Below, piece after piece: positions 39,005 through 49,213 of a DNA stretch of 61,253 nt (positions are counted from its first letter, which is position 1; each line of letters starts with the position of its first letter). The translations under genes and the position numbers were made by a program. Origin of the DNA: an uncultured Verrucomicrobiota bacterium (lineage in GTDB: Bacteria; Verrucomicrobiota; CALLYA01; CAYNBQ01); the NCBI GenBank assembly GCA_964395275.1, contig CAYNBQ010000008.1, positions 1-61,253 on the forward strand. Direction: 5' to 3'. The notes beneath the pieces were generated by a model. That model was not told the origin of the DNA. It did no database searches and worked only from the letters and a program-made list of their open reading frames with translations.

Positions 39005-40221
39005 TGAAGACCGGGTTCGAACGGCTGGCGGTCGACCCGGGGACCGGGGCGCGGCGCGGCCGGCTGCACACGGTCCATGGGATCGTCGAGACTCCGGTTT
39101 TCATGCCGGTCGGCACGCGCGGCACGGTGAAGGCCCTTTCCCCGCGGGAGCTGCGGGAACTGGGCGTGCAGATCGTCCTGGGCAACACCTACCATCTCTC
39201 GCTGCGTCCCGGGTCGGACACGATCCGGAAACTGGGCGGGTTGCACCGGTTCATGGGATGGGACGGGCCGATCCTGACCGACAGCGGCGGGTACCAGGTC
39301 TTCAGCCTGGAATCCCTGCGCAGGATCACGGCCGAGGGGGTGCATTTCCGTTCCCACATCGACGGTTCCCCCCATTTTCTCGGGCCGGAGGAGGCGATGC
39401 GGATCCAGGCCGATCTCGGTTCCGACATCGCGATGGTCTTCGACGAATGCACGCCGTATCCCTGCGACCGGGAAACGGCTTGCGCGGCGGTGGATCGGTC
39501 TCTAGCATGGGCGGCTCTTTGCAGAACGGCTCCGCGACCGGCGGGGCAGATGGTCTTTGGCATCGTGCAGGGCGGCCTGCACGCGGATCAGCGGCGGCGC
39601 TGCGCGGAGGCCCTCGCGGAGATGGGCTTCGACGGCTATGCCGTGGGAGGGTTGAGCGTCGGGGAATCCGAGGAGGAGATGTACGCGGGACTCGAGATGT
39701 CGGTCCCGTGGCTGCCCGAGGATCGGCCGCGCTACCTGATGGGCACCGGGACGCCCGGGCAGATCGTGGCCTCGGTGGCGCGGGGCGTCGACATGTTCGA
39801 CTGCGTCTTGCCGACCCGGCTCGGGCGCAACGGGACGGCGTACACCGCCGCGGGGACGATTCCGATCAAGGCCGGGCGGTTCCGCGAGGATCCGCGGCCG
39901 ATCGAGGAAGGATGCGCATGTGAAGCCTGCCGGGGATTCAGCCGGGCCTACATCCGGCATCTCTTCAACACCGGGGAGATCCTGGGACCGCGGCTTCTGA
40001 CGCTGCACAACATCCACTTCTACATGAAACTGATGCGGGCCGTGCGCCGCGCCGTCGAACGGGGCGATTACGCGCGGTTCGCGAAGAGCTTCGCCGAAGG
40101 CGGGGCCGCGGACCTCCTCGCGGAAGAAGAGGAGACCCCGGCGCCGGCCCGCGGCGGGCGTGCGGGGGAAGACGCCCGGGGGCCTTCGGCCTCCGGCAGG
40201 GGGAGAACGTTCCATGGATGA
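39004..40221 (+). CDS. tgt: queuine tRNA-ribosyltransferase
   Basis: TPVFMPVGT, NTYHL, TDSGGYQV, GIVQGG, DMFDCV, CxCxxC...H zinc site. Confidence 0.97.
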   Translation: MKTGFERLAVDPGTGARRGRLHTVHGIVETPVFMPVGTRGTVKALSPRELRELGVQIVLGNTYHLSLRPGSDTIRKLGGLHRFMGWDGPILTDSGGYQVFSLESLRRITAEGVHFRSHIDGSPHFLGPEEAMRIQADLGSDIAMVFDECTPYPCDRETACAAVDRSLAWAALCRTAPRPAGQMVFGIVQGGLHADQRRRCAEALAEMGFDGYAVGGLSVGESEEEMYAGLEMSVPWLPEDRPRYLMGTGTPGQIVASVARGVDMFDCVLPTRLGRNGTAYTAAGTIPIKAGRFREDPRPIEEGCACEACRGFSRAYIRHLFNTGEILGPRLLTLHNIHFYMKLMRAVRRAVERGDYARFAKSFAEGGAADLLAEEEETPAPARGGRAGEDARGPSASGRGRTFHG

Positions 40222-40558
40222 GATGATTCTGAATGTCGCGGGGACGCTCGGGGCGGCGCAGGGGCAGTCGGCGCCGCCTCCGTGGGCGTCGATGGTGCCG
40301 CTGGTCCTTCTCTTCGCCGTTTTCTACTTTCTGCTGATCCGGCCCCAGCAGAAGCGCCAGAAGGAGCATCAGCAGATGCTCGAATCCATCCGCAAGGGCG
40401 ATCAGATCGTCACGTCCGGCGGATTGCTCGGCGTGGTGACCAACGTGAAGGAGAACACCTTCACGGTGCGCATCGCCGACGGGGTGAAGGTGGAGATCAC
40501 CAAGAACTCCGTCGCCAGCGTGACGCGGCCTGCGGGTGGAGAGGAAAGAACGTCGTAG
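40214..40558 (+). CDS. yajC: preprotein translocase subunit YajC
   Basis: FYFLLIRPQQKRQKEH, KGDQIVTSGGL; lies between tgt and secD. Confidence 0.95.
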   Translation: MDEMILNVAGTLGAAQGQSAPPPWASMVPLVLLFAVFYFLLIRPQQKRQKEHQQMLESIRKGDQIVTSGGLLGVVTNVKENTFTVRIADGVKVEITKNSVASVTRPAGGEERTS

Positions 40559-40615
40559 GATCCGGTCGGCGCCGGTCCTCGAACCGAACCGTTGAATGGA
40601 AGAAACGAAAAAACG

Positions 40616-43087
40616 ATGAACAAGGCCCTTATCTGGAAAACGATCGTGATCGCCGTGGTCCTGGTCGCCTGCGTGGCGGCCGTCTACCCGCCGGGCGGGA
40701 AGGATTTCCTCGTGGTCTTCGAGAAGAGCGCGCGGAACCAGGACGCGGTTCTCCAGCAACTCATCGCCGACACGCGCGCGGCGGTCCAGGATTCCGGCAA
40801 GGACCCGGGAATCGTCCTGCGCAACCTGGCCGAGGAGCGGGATGTCGATCTGACCCGCTATTTCCCGAAGTTCAAGGACAACCGGCAGGTGATCGCCTAC
40901 ATCCACAAGAAGTCGGCGCCCCGGATCCGCCTCGGCCTCGACCTGCGCGGCGGAACGGAGTTCGTCCTTCGGGTGAAGACCGAGGAGATCCGCGACAAGT
41001 CCGCCCTGCAGGACGCGCCGCAGCGGGCCCTGGAGATCATCCGCAACCGCGTCGACCAGTACGGCCTGGCGGAACCGGAGATCTACCGGGAGGGCGCCGA
41101 CCGGATCATCGTGAAACTCCCCGGCGTCTCCGAGCTGGAGAAGGAAGCCGTCCGCGATCTGCTGAAGCGGGCCGCCTACCTGGAATTCCGGATGGTGCAC
41201 GAGTCGAACGACTGGCTCGTGGCGCACATGAAAGACCCCGATTTCGTTCCCCCGGCCGGGTACGAAAAGAAGAAGCTCGTCGAGGAACACCTCGGCGAGA
41301 AGACCGAGGAAATCCTCTGGGTCGAGATCCGCCCGGAACTCACGGGCCAGTATCTCAAGAACGCCGGCATCGAATACCAGATGACCGGGACCCCCTACGT
41401 GACGCTCTCCTTCAACCGGAAGGGGGCGATTCTCTTCGCCAACACCACCCGGAAATACGCGCCCGGCGGGACGATGAACCCGGGCCGGGTCGGACGGCGC
41501 ATGGCGATCGTTCTCGACGGAAAGGTCTATTCGGCGCCCGTGATCGAGGAGGAGATTCCGGGAGGGGAGGCGATCATCCGGGGGTCCTTCAGCCAGGAGG
41601 AGGCCCAGGCGCTTTCGATCGTCCTGCGCTCGGGCGCCCTGCCCGCCCCGATCGAGATCATCGAGGAACGGGGCGTGGATCCCTCCCTGGGACGCGAGAG
41701 CGTGCGGGGCGGGCTGATCGCCGGGTTGTCCGGCATGGCGCTGGTGATGGTGTTCGTGCTGGTCTACTACATGCTCGCGGGGATGCTGGCCGACGGGGCG
41801 TTGATCATGAACATCGTCCTGATCTTCGGCGTGCTGGCGCTCTTCCGGCCGAATCTCACCCTTCCGGGCATCGCCGGGATCATCCTGACGATCGGCATGG
41901 CGGTGGACGCCAACGTGCTGATCTACGAGCGGATCCGCGAGGAACAGGCCGCGGCCAAGAGGATCCGCAGCGCGATCTTCGCCGGATACGAGAAGGCGTT
42001 CTCGACGATCTTCGACGCGAACGTGACGACGCTGCTGACGGCGGTGATCCTCGGATACTTCGGATCGGGTCCGGTCCGGGGGTTCGCGATCACCCTGAGC
42101 GTCGGGATCCTGGCCAGCATGTTCACGGCCCTGGTGGTCACCCGCGTCGGGTTCGAATGGCTGCTGGAGTTCAACCTGGTCAAACGGCTGCGGATGCTGT
42201 CGTTGATCCGCAACCCCAGCTTCGACTTTCTCGGCAAACGGAAGCTGGCCTTCGGACTGTCCCTGCTGCTGATCGTGGTCGGCATGGTCGTCTTCGCCAT
42301 GCGGGGCGACGACAACTTCGGGGTCGATTTCACCGGCGGCGTGGCGGTGACCTTCAGCGTCGACAGGACCGTGCCGGCGAACGAGATCGAGAAGACCCTC
42401 GTGGACGCCGGGCTGACCAAGATCCGTGTCCAGTACAAGAAGAACACCGAGGGAATGCACCTGGTGGAGATCCGCACGCCGAACCAGGACGAGGCCGAGA
42501 AGATCGACGACATCCTGGTCGCCCGGTTCCCGGACGTCGGGTTCAGCCGCCAGCAGCTCGACATCGTCGGGGCGACCGTCGGGAAGGAACTCCGCAAGAA
42601 GGCGGTCTGGGCGATGGCGTTGTCCCTGGTGGGGATCCTCATCTACATCTCGTGGCGATTCGAGTTCGCCTTCGCGATCGGGGCGATCGTGGCGCTGGCC
42701 CACGACGTGTTGATCACGCTGGGGGCGATCGCCGTCACCGGCCGGTACCTGTCGCTGCCGCTGCTGGCGGCGCTGCTGACGATCATCGGGTATTCCCTGA
42801 ACGATACGATCGTCGTCTTCGACCGGATCCGCGAGGACATGGCCATCTCGGGGAAGCGGAAGTCGCTGATCGACCTCATGAACCAGAGCATCAACGAGAC
42901 GCTCAGCCGGACGCTGATCACCTCGCTGACGACGTTGCTCGTGGTCCTGACGCTCTACCTCTTCGGCGGCGGGGTGATCAACGATTTCGCCTTCGCGCTG
43001 CTGGTCGGCATCGTGGTCGGCACGTATTCGTCGATCTTCGTCGCCAGCCCGGTCGTCCTGCTGATGCACCGCGAGAAGAAGAAATAA
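40616..43087 (+). CDS. secDF: fused protein translocase subunit SecDF
   Basis: SecD motifs LGLDLRGG, AIVLD, GMAVDANVLIYERIRE; SecF motifs GVDFTGG, HD, GYSLNDTIVVFDRIRE. Confidence 0.96.
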   Translation: MNKALIWKTIVIAVVLVACVAAVYPPGGKDFLVVFEKSARNQDAVLQQLIADTRAAVQDSGKDPGIVLRNLAEERDVDLTRYFPKFKDNRQVIAYIHKKSAPRIRLGLDLRGGTEFVLRVKTEEIRDKSALQDAPQRALEIIRNRVDQYGLAEPEIYREGADRIIVKLPGVSELEKEAVRDLLKRAAYLEFRMVHESNDWLVAHMKDPDFVPPAGYEKKKLVEEHLGEKTEEILWVEIRPELTGQYLKNAGIEYQMTGTPYVTLSFNRKGAILFANTTRKYAPGGTMNPGRVGRRMAIVLDGKVYSAPVIEEEIPGGEAIIRGSFSQEEAQALSIVLRSGALPAPIEIIEERGVDPSLGRESVRGGLIAGLSGMALVMVFVLVYYMLAGMLADGALIMNIVLIFGVLALFRPNLTLPGIAGIILTIGMAVDANVLIYERIREEQAAAKRIRSAIFAGYEKAFSTIFDANVTTLLTAVILGYFGSGPVRGFAITLSVGILASMFTALVVTRVGFEWLLEFNLVKRLRMLSLIRNPSFDFLGKRKLAFGLSLLLIVVGMVVFAMRGDDNFGVDFTGGVAVTFSVDRTVPANEIEKTLVDAGLTKIRVQYKKNTEGMHLVEIRTPNQDEAEKIDDILVARFPDVGFSRQQLDIVGATVGKELRKKAVWAMALSLVGILIYISWRFEFAFAIGAIVALAHDVLITLGAIAVTGRYLSLPLLAALLTIIGYSLNDTIVVFDRIREDMAISGKRKSLIDLMNQSINETLSRTLITSLTTLLVVLTLYLFGGGVINDFAFALLVGIVVGTYSSIFVASPVVLLMHREKKK

Positions 43088-43103
43088 CCGGGGGCGCGTC
43101 GGC

Positions 43104-44840
43104 ATGATTCCGCGGCCGGCGGTTCGCTGGGCATTGCCTCCCGAGGGGGGGATGCCCGGCGCCGGCCGTCTCGCCGGGGAGCTAGGAATCCCGCGGCCGG
43201 TCGCCGAGGTGCTGATCGGCCGGGGACTGGCGGATCCGTCGGCCGCCGCGGATTTCCTGGAACCCCGCCTGGCCTCGCTTTCTCCGCCGGAGGCGATCGC
43301 GGGGATGCCCGAGACCGCGGACGCCGTCGAATCGGCCCTGCGGTCGGGACGCCGGATCGCCGTCTTCGGCGACTACGACGTGGACGGCGTGACGGCGGCG
43401 GCGCTGGCCGCCTCCGTCCTGCGCCGGCTGGGAGGGGACGTTCGCGTCTTTCTGCCGCTGCGCGCCGAGGAAGGGTACGGACTGTCGGCGGAGGCCCTGC
43501 GACGGTGCGTGGAAGAGACCGGCGCGGATTTCGTCCTCACCGTCGATTGCGGGATCCGCGCCGAGGACCGGGTGCGGGAGGCGGCGGGGCGCGGGATCGA
43601 CGTGGTCGTCACCGATCATCACGATCCTCCGGAGAACCTGCGTCCGGCGGGGCCGGTGCTGAATCCGAAACTCGGCGCGCCGGCGGGGGCGGAATCCCTT
43701 TCCGGGGTGGGCGTCGTCTTCAAGCTGGCCCACGCCCTCGTCGCGCGGGCGCGGCGCCGGGGCGATCCGGCGGGTTCGGAGATCGATCTGCGGCAGGAAC
43801 TCGACCTGGTGGCCCTCGGCACGGTGGCCGACGTGGTTCCGCTGCTCGGGGAGAACCGCGTCCTGGTGCGCCACGGGCTGCGCCGGCTGGAGAACACCCC
43901 GAGAATCGGGTTGCGGGTTCTGATCGAGAAGGCCGGGATCCGCCCGCCGTTCCGGACGCACCACGTCGGGTTCGGCCTGGCGCCGCGGCTCAACGCGATG
44001 GGACGGCTCGACGATGCGACGGCCTCGTTGCGCCTGCTCGAAGAGGAAGATGCGGACGTCGCGGGGGAGATCGCTTCCCGTCTCGAGGGGAAGAACCGGG
44101 AACGCCGCGAGCTGGAGGAGACGGTGACGCGGCAGGCCGAAGAGGAGATCGCCCGGGTGTACGGGGACCGGCGGCCCGCGGGCATCATCGTGGGGCGCAG
44201 GGGATGGCATCCGGGGGTGGTGGGAATCGTCGCATCGCGGCTGGCCCGCAGGTTCTATCTGCCCGCGTTCGTCCTTTCCCTGGATGACGAGGGAATGGCG
44301 AGGGGCTCCGGTCGATCGGTGCGGGAGGTTCCCCTGGTGGACCGGCTGCGGGAATGCGGGGACGTCTTCGAGAGATTCGGGGGACATCCGATGGCGGCGG
44401 GCGTGACCCTGCGGGCGGACCGGATCGGGGAATTCCGGCGGCGGTTCGAGGCGGCGGTCTCGCGGCGGACGGATCCGGCGGAGCTGGCCCCTACGGTGCG
44501 GGTCGAGTCGGTCGTGCGGATCGACGACCTGTCGATGGATCTGCTGGAGGAGATGGAGAAGCTGCGCCCGTTCGGTTCGGGAAACCCCGAGCCGGTCTTC
44601 GGGCTGAGAGACGTCCGCGCCTTCGACGTGCGCCCGATGGGGCGCGAGGGGCGGCACGTGCGCCTGCGGATCCGGGACGACTGCGGGGAGATCGGGGCCG
44701 TGGCCTGGAACCGGGATCCGGCGGATTTCGCCTCCGACCGACTGGACGTGGCCGTCCGGATCCGCGCGGACACGTACCGGGGACCGGGGGAAATCCGGCT
44801 CGAGGTGGAGGCGGTCCGGCCCGCCGGACGAAGGGCGTAG
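43104..44840 (+). CDS. recJ: ssDNA-specific exonuclease RecJ
   Basis: GDYDVDG, TVDCG, TDHH, GTVADVVPL, PRLNA.GR, GSGRS, GGHPMAAG. Confidence 0.96.
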   Translation: MIPRPAVRWALPPEGGMPGAGRLAGELGIPRPVAEVLIGRGLADPSAAADFLEPRLASLSPPEAIAGMPETADAVESALRSGRRIAVFGDYDVDGVTAAALAASVLRRLGGDVRVFLPLRAEEGYGLSAEALRRCVEETGADFVLTVDCGIRAEDRVREAAGRGIDVVVTDHHDPPENLRPAGPVLNPKLGAPAGAESLSGVGVVFKLAHALVARARRRGDPAGSEIDLRQELDLVALGTVADVVPLLGENRVLVRHGLRRLENTPRIGLRVLIEKAGIRPPFRTHHVGFGLAPRLNAMGRLDDATASLRLLEEEDADVAGEIASRLEGKNRERRELEETVTRQAEEEIARVYGDRRPAGIIVGRRGWHPGVVGIVASRLARRFYLPAFVLSLDDEGMARGSGRSVREVPLVDRLRECGDVFERFGGHPMAAGVTLRADRIGEFRRRFEAAVSRRTDPAELAPTVRVESVVRIDDLSMDLLEEMEKLRPFGSGNPEPVFGLRDVRAFDVRPMGREGRHVRLRIRDDCGEIGAVAWNRDPADFASDRLDVAVRIRADTYRGPGEIRLEVEAVRPAGRRA

Positions 44841-44868
44841 CCGAGGGGGACCGGAAACGCGGGGCGGG

Positions 44869-45096
44869 TCAGGCCTTGGCGACCCTGCCCGACTTGATGC
44901 ACCGGGTGCAGACGCGGAGGGTCTTGGTCGCGCCGTTGACGCGGACCTTGATGCGCTGGAGATTGGGAAGGAAACGGCGGCGGTTCACGCCGGTGGTGTG
45001 CAGGCCGATTCCGCCCTTCTTCTTGGCCAGACCCCGTCTGGTGATGCTGTTGCCGGTGGCGGGGCCTTTCCCGCAGATATCGCATACCTTGGACAT
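44869..45096 (-). CDS. rpmB: 50S ribosomal protein L28
   Basis: MSKVCDICGK, RRFLPNLQ, VCTRCIK. Confidence 0.95.
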   Translation of the reverse strand: MSKVCDICGKGPATGNSITRRGLAKKKGGIGLHTTGVNRRRFLPNLQRIKVRVNGATKTLRVCTRCIKSGRVAKA

Positions 45097-45176
45097 GACA
45101 AGCTCCTGTATCCGTGCATCGGCGAACCGTTCGAAGAAGCGCCGGCCCGACGTTCCCTGAGCACGAGGGAAGGCGT

Positions 45177-45205
45177 ATCATAGGGCCCCGCGGGGGTTGA
45201 ATCAA
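45177..45205 (-). promoter_or_regulatory. sigma70 promoter of rpmB
   Basis: TTGATT-17bp-TATGAT. Confidence 0.6.
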
Positions 45206-45230
45206 GAGGTGCCGGGGGAAAAGAGGGGCG

Positions 45231-45875
45231 ATGAGAATCACCGGCGGATGGGCGAAAGGGATGCGCCTGACCGTGCCGCGGGGGGAACGGACCCGGCCGA
45301 CGACGGACCGGGTGCGGGAGGCCCTTTTCTCGTCGCTGGGGCGGAGGGTGTCCGGGGCCGAGGTGCTGGATCTCTATGCGGGCAGCGGCAGCCTGGGGTT
45401 GGAAGCGGCCGGGCGGGGCGCGCGATCGGTCGTCTTCGTCGAACGGGATCCCCGGGTGTTGCGGATCCTGCGGGCCAACGTCGAGGAACTGGTCCGCCGC
45501 GGTTTTTCCCGCGAAGGGATCGAGATCATGCGCGCGGAGGTCCGGGACGCGTTGCGCCGCCTGGAGCGCGCCGGAAGATGTTTCGACCTGATCTTCGCCG
45601 ATCCTCCCTACGCATCCGGGGAAGCGGCCGGGGTCGTCGAGTCGGTGGCGGCGCGGGGTCTCCTCGGGCGGGGGGGGCGACTGGTGGTGGAACACGGGGC
45701 CGGCGGGGCGCCGGAAACCGTTGCCGGGCTGGACGTCGTCCGCCATCATCGGTATGGAAGCACGGAACTGACGATCTACCGCCCGGCGGAGACCGTGCCG
45801 GTTCCCGGGGAGGGCGCCCGCGTCTCCCGGTCGGACCGCGCGGGGCCGGTACCGGGGACCGGACAGGAAACCTGA
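45231..45875 (+). CDS. rsmD: 16S rRNA m2G966 methyltransferase
   Basis: MRITGG, TRPTTDRVREALF, LDLYAGSGSLGLEA, DPPY. Confidence 0.93.
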   Translation: MRITGGWAKGMRLTVPRGERTRPTTDRVREALFSSLGRRVSGAEVLDLYAGSGSLGLEAAGRGARSVVFVERDPRVLRILRANVEELVRRGFSREGIEIMRAEVRDALRRLERAGRCFDLIFADPPYASGEAAGVVESVAARGLLGRGGRLVVEHGAGGAPETVAGLDVVRHHRYGSTELTIYRPAETVPVPGEGARVSRSDRAGPVPGTGQET

Positions 45876-45889
45876 AGAGAATCATTGTC

Positions 45890-46387
45890 ATGGCCGAAAC
45901 AGCGCTCGCCGTCTACCCCGGAACCTTCGATCCCGTCACCAACGGACATCTCGACGTCATCGAACGGGCCGTGCGGACCTTCGGACGCCTCATCGTGATG
46001 GTCGCGACGAACCCGCGGAAGAAGCCCCTTTTCAGCATCGACGAACGGATCGAGATGTTGCGGGAGAACGTGACGCATCTGCCCGACGTCGAAATCGACC
46101 GGCACGGGGGATTGCTGGTGGACTATCTGCACAAGCGGGGCGCCACGGTCATCGTGCGGGGGTTGCGGGCGATCTCGGACTTCGAATTCGAGTTCCAGAT
46201 GGCCCTGATGAATCGGAAGCTGGCCCCGGAGATCGAAACGTATTTCCTGGTGCCGGACGAGGCCTACACGTACCTGAGTTCCAGCGTCGTGCGCGAGATC
46301 GCGCGACTTGGGGGGGACATCGCGCCCTTCGTCCCCGAGGGGATCATCGAGCGGATTCGAAAACGGGTGAGGGCCGAGCCGTGTTGA
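45890..46387 (+). CDS. coaD: phosphopantetheine adenylyltransferase
   Basis: YPGTFDPVTNGH, RGLRAISDFEFE, SSSVVRE. Confidence 0.97.
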   Translation: MAETALAVYPGTFDPVTNGHLDVIERAVRTFGRLIVMVATNPRKKPLFSIDERIEMLRENVTHLPDVEIDRHGGLLVDYLHKRGATVIVRGLRAISDFEFEFQMALMNRKLAPEIETYFLVPDEAYTYLSSSVVREIARLGGDIAPFVPEGIIERIRKRVRAEPC

Positions 46388-46851
46388 TCGTCCTGGATCC
46401 GAAGATCCTGGGCCGGGACCTCGAGGCGGAGCTGGCGGGCGAGGTCCCGTCGGACGGTTTCGGGATGGAAGGGGAAGATTCCCTGCGCTTCGAGGCCCCG
46501 GTGCGCTACCGGCTCCGCGTCCAGCGGACGGGCCGGGATCTCCTGGTGACGGGCACGCTGGAGACGGTCGTGCTCATGGTCTGCGACCGGTGCGCGGAAT
46601 GGTTCGAGATGCCAGTGCGCGTCGGATCGTTCCTGCGCATGTTCGAAGGGGCCGTCGGGGCGGGACCGGTGGATTTGACCCCGATGATCCGCGAAGATAT
46701 GATTCTCGCGCTGCCTCACAAGGTTCTCTGCCGGGACGACTGCAAGGGGTTGTGTTCCACCTGCGGCGCGAATCTCAACGACGGACCTTGTGACTGTAAA
46801 CGTGACGAAGGCGGTTCCCCCTGGGCGGCCCTCGACTCCCTGGAGTTGTAG
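46381..46851 (+). CDS. YceD/DUF177 family protein
   Basis: CDRC, LP.KVLC..DCKGLC..CG.NLN...CDC; upstream of rpmF. Confidence 0.9.
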   Translation: MLIVLDPKILGRDLEAELAGEVPSDGFGMEGEDSLRFEAPVRYRLRVQRTGRDLLVTGTLETVVLMVCDRCAEWFEMPVRVGSFLRMFEGAVGAGPVDLTPMIREDMILALPHKVLCRDDCKGLCSTCGANLNDGPCDCKRDEGGSPWAALDSLEL

Positions 46852-46949
46852 GGGTTTTCCGGAGGGAACGCGTCGGGTTCTGTATTTGTGTTGTTGTGCG
46901 GCGGCGGATCCGGGAGTTCGAACCGCCCCTTTCCCACAGGAGTCCCGTC

Positions 46950-47138
46950 ATGGCTGTACCCAAGAAGCGGAAATCCAGGATGAAGGTCCGAAAGCGGCGG
47001 GCGGCCAACCGCCCGGCGGCCCCCGGGCTCTCCGTTTGCCCGAGCTGCGGCGAACCGAAACTCCCGCACAGGGTCTGTCTCGCTTGCGGCACCTACAACG
47101 GCCGGCAGGTCATCACGATCGAGGTCGACGAGGACTGA
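46950..47138 (+). CDS. rpmF: 50S ribosomal protein L32
   Basis: MAVPKKRKS, CPSCGE.KLPHRVC..CG.Y.GR. Confidence 0.96.
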   Translation: MAVPKKRKSRMKVRKRRAANRPAAPGLSVCPSCGEPKLPHRVCLACGTYNGRQVITIEVDED

Positions 47139-47156
47139 CCGGAATCCCCTTGCGAG

Positions 47157-48170
47157 ATGAGAGTCGCCGTGGACGCCATGGGGGGCGATTACGCCCCCGA
47201 GGCCGTCGTGTCCGGGTCGGTCGAGGCCGTCCGGAAATACGACGGGATTCGGGAACTGATCCTGGTCGGAGACGCCGAACGGGTCCGGGCCGAACTGTCG
47301 CGCCATGAGCATCCGGCCGAACGGGTCCGGGTGGTCCACGCCTCGCAGAAGGTCGAGATGGGGGAGAGCCCGACCCTGGCCCTGCGCCGCAAGAAGGATT
47401 CGTCGATCGCGCGCGCGGTGGACCTGGTGAAGAAGGGGGAGGCCGAGGCCGTGGTGTCGGCCGGGAACACGGGAGCCGTGGTGGTGGCCACCAAGATCAA
47501 ACTCCGCACGCTGGAACAGGTCCTCCGCCCGGCCATCGGAACGTTTCTGCCTTCCCCCCAGGGCGGGTTCCTGTTGATCGACGCGGGCGCGAACATCGAT
47601 TGCAAGGCCGACCACCTCTTCCAGTTCGCCGTGATGGGATCGATTTTCGTACACGAGGTGATCGGTCGCCCCGACCCGAAGATCGGCCTGTTGAGCATCG
47701 GGGAGGAGGAGGCCAAGGGGAACGACCTGACCCGCGGCACCTTCGCGATGCTGGAACGGGCCCCGTTGAACTTCGTGGGGAACGTCGAGGGACGGGATCT
47801 GTTCGAGAGGAACGTCGACGTCGTCGTCTGCGACGGGTTCGTCGGCAACGTCGTCCTGAAGACCAGCGAGAGCGTCGCCTCGGCCATGCAGCGGTGGCTC
47901 CGGGAGGAGCTGACCCGCAATCCGGTGCGGATGCTGGGCGCCGCGCTGGCCCGAGGGGCGTTCCGCTCGATCGCGCGGCGCGGGGATTACGCCGAGTACG
48001 GGGGGGCGCCCCTGCTCGGGATCCGGGGGACGTGCATCATCGCCCACGGTTCCTCTTCGCCCAAGGCCATCTGCAACGCCATCCACGCCGCGCTTCGCTA
48101 CGAGAGCCACGAGGTGAACCGGCGGATCAGCGAAGAACTGGAACGTGCTTATGCCGCGCTGCGCTCCTGA
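47157..48170 (+). CDS. plsX: phosphate acyltransferase PlsX
   Basis: AVDAMGGDYAP, SAGNTGA, DAGAN, GEE..KG, CDGFVGN. Confidence 0.96.
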   Translation: MRVAVDAMGGDYAPEAVVSGSVEAVRKYDGIRELILVGDAERVRAELSRHEHPAERVRVVHASQKVEMGESPTLALRRKKDSSIARAVDLVKKGEAEAVVSAGNTGAVVVATKIKLRTLEQVLRPAIGTFLPSPQGGFLLIDAGANIDCKADHLFQFAVMGSIFVHEVIGRPDPKIGLLSIGEEEAKGNDLTRGTFAMLERAPLNFVGNVEGRDLFERNVDVVVCDGFVGNVVLKTSESVASAMQRWLREELTRNPVRMLGAALARGAFRSIARRGDYAEYGGAPLLGIRGTCIIAHGSSSPKAICNAIHAALRYESHEVNRRISEELERAYAALRS

Positions 48171-49191
48171 GAAGATCGAACGGCTCCGCCGGGAGAGGAA
48201 ACTCCGGCCCGTGGTCATCGCGGGGACCGGCCGCTTTCTGCCGGAACGGATCCTGACCAACCACGATCTCGAAGAGATGGTGGAGACCTCCGACGAATGG
48301 ATCGTCACCCGAACCGGCATCCGGGAACGCCGGATCGCCGGGGAGGGCGTGGCGACGTCCCATCTCGGGACCGAAGCGGCCCGTCGGGCGCTGGAGGCGG
48401 CGAAGGTCGATCCGGCGGAGGTCGAGATGATCATCGTGGCCACGATCACGCCCGACATGGTGTTCCCGGCCACGGCGTGTCTCGTCCAGGATCGGATCGG
48501 CGCCCCCGGGGCGGCGTGCTTCGATCTGGAGGCCGCCTGCTCGGGGTTCGTCTACGGCCTGGACGTCGGCGCCCAGTTCATCGCCACGGAATCCATGGAC
48601 ACGATCCTGGTGATCGCCGCCGAGAAGATCTCGGCGATCGTGGATTGGAACGACCGGGGCACCTGCGTGCTGTTCGGAGACGGCGCGGGCGCGGCCGTGC
48701 TCCGTCCTGCGGAGAAGGGATCCCCTTCGCTGGGGATCCTGGCGACCTGTCTCGGTTCCGACGGCGGCCAGGCCGACATCCTCAAGCTGCCCGGGGGCGG
48801 ATCGCTCCACCCCGCGTCGGAAGAAACGGTCCGCAAGGGGATGCACTACCTCCAGATGGCCGGCCGCGGCGTTTTCCGCCAGGCGATCCAGGCGATGGCC
48901 CAGGCCGCGGAGAACGTCCTGGAGAAGACCGGGCTGGACGTCGACGACATCGACTGGGTGATCCCGCACCAGGCGAACATCCGGATCATCCAGGCGATCA
49001 GCGACAAGCTCGGGATCCCTCTGGATCGCTTCTACAACAACGTGGATCGCTACGGGAACATGTCGGCCGCGACGGTGCCGGTGGCCCTCGACGAGGCCGT
49101 TCGGGAAGGACGAATCCGGACCGGAGACCTCGTGCTCTTCCTGGTTTTCGGAGGCGGGCTGACCTGGGGCGCCACCCTGGTGCACTGGTAG
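48151..49191 (+). CDS. fabH: beta-ketoacyl-ACP synthase III; start uncertain
   Basis: AACSGF, LFGDGAGA, PHQAN, YGNMSAA, FGGGLTWG. Confidence 0.96.
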   Translation: MPRCAPEKIERLRRERKLRPVVIAGTGRFLPERILTNHDLEEMVETSDEWIVTRTGIRERRIAGEGVATSHLGTEAARRALEAAKVDPAEVEMIIVATITPDMVFPATACLVQDRIGAPGAACFDLEAACSGFVYGLDVGAQFIATESMDTILVIAAEKISAIVDWNDRGTCVLFGDGAGAAVLRPAEKGSPSLGILATCLGSDGGQADILKLPGGGSLHPASEETVRKGMHYLQMAGRGVFRQAIQAMAQAAENVLEKTGLDVDDIDWVIPHQANIRIIQAISDKLGIPLDRFYNNVDRYGNMSAATVPVALDEAVREGRIRTGDLVLFLVFGGGLTWGATLVHW

Positions 49192-49213
49192 GGGAAGGGG
49201 GGGAGGGAGCCGA

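Noticed and set aside
40616-43087. SecD-SecF fusion as a novelty
   Set aside because: A well-known arrangement in many phyla.
39965-43105. 1046-aa minus ORF and 941-aa alternative-frame plus ORF over secDF; similar ORFs at 31950..34673, 55078..57603 and 57621..60485
   Set aside because: They overlap well-supported genes, have Arg/Pro/Gly- or His/Gln-biased shadow composition and carry no motifs.
46912-46928. T-arm-like GGGAGTTCGAACCGCCC before rpmF
   Set aside because: Mismatched stem and no D-arm, anticodon arm or acceptor stem.
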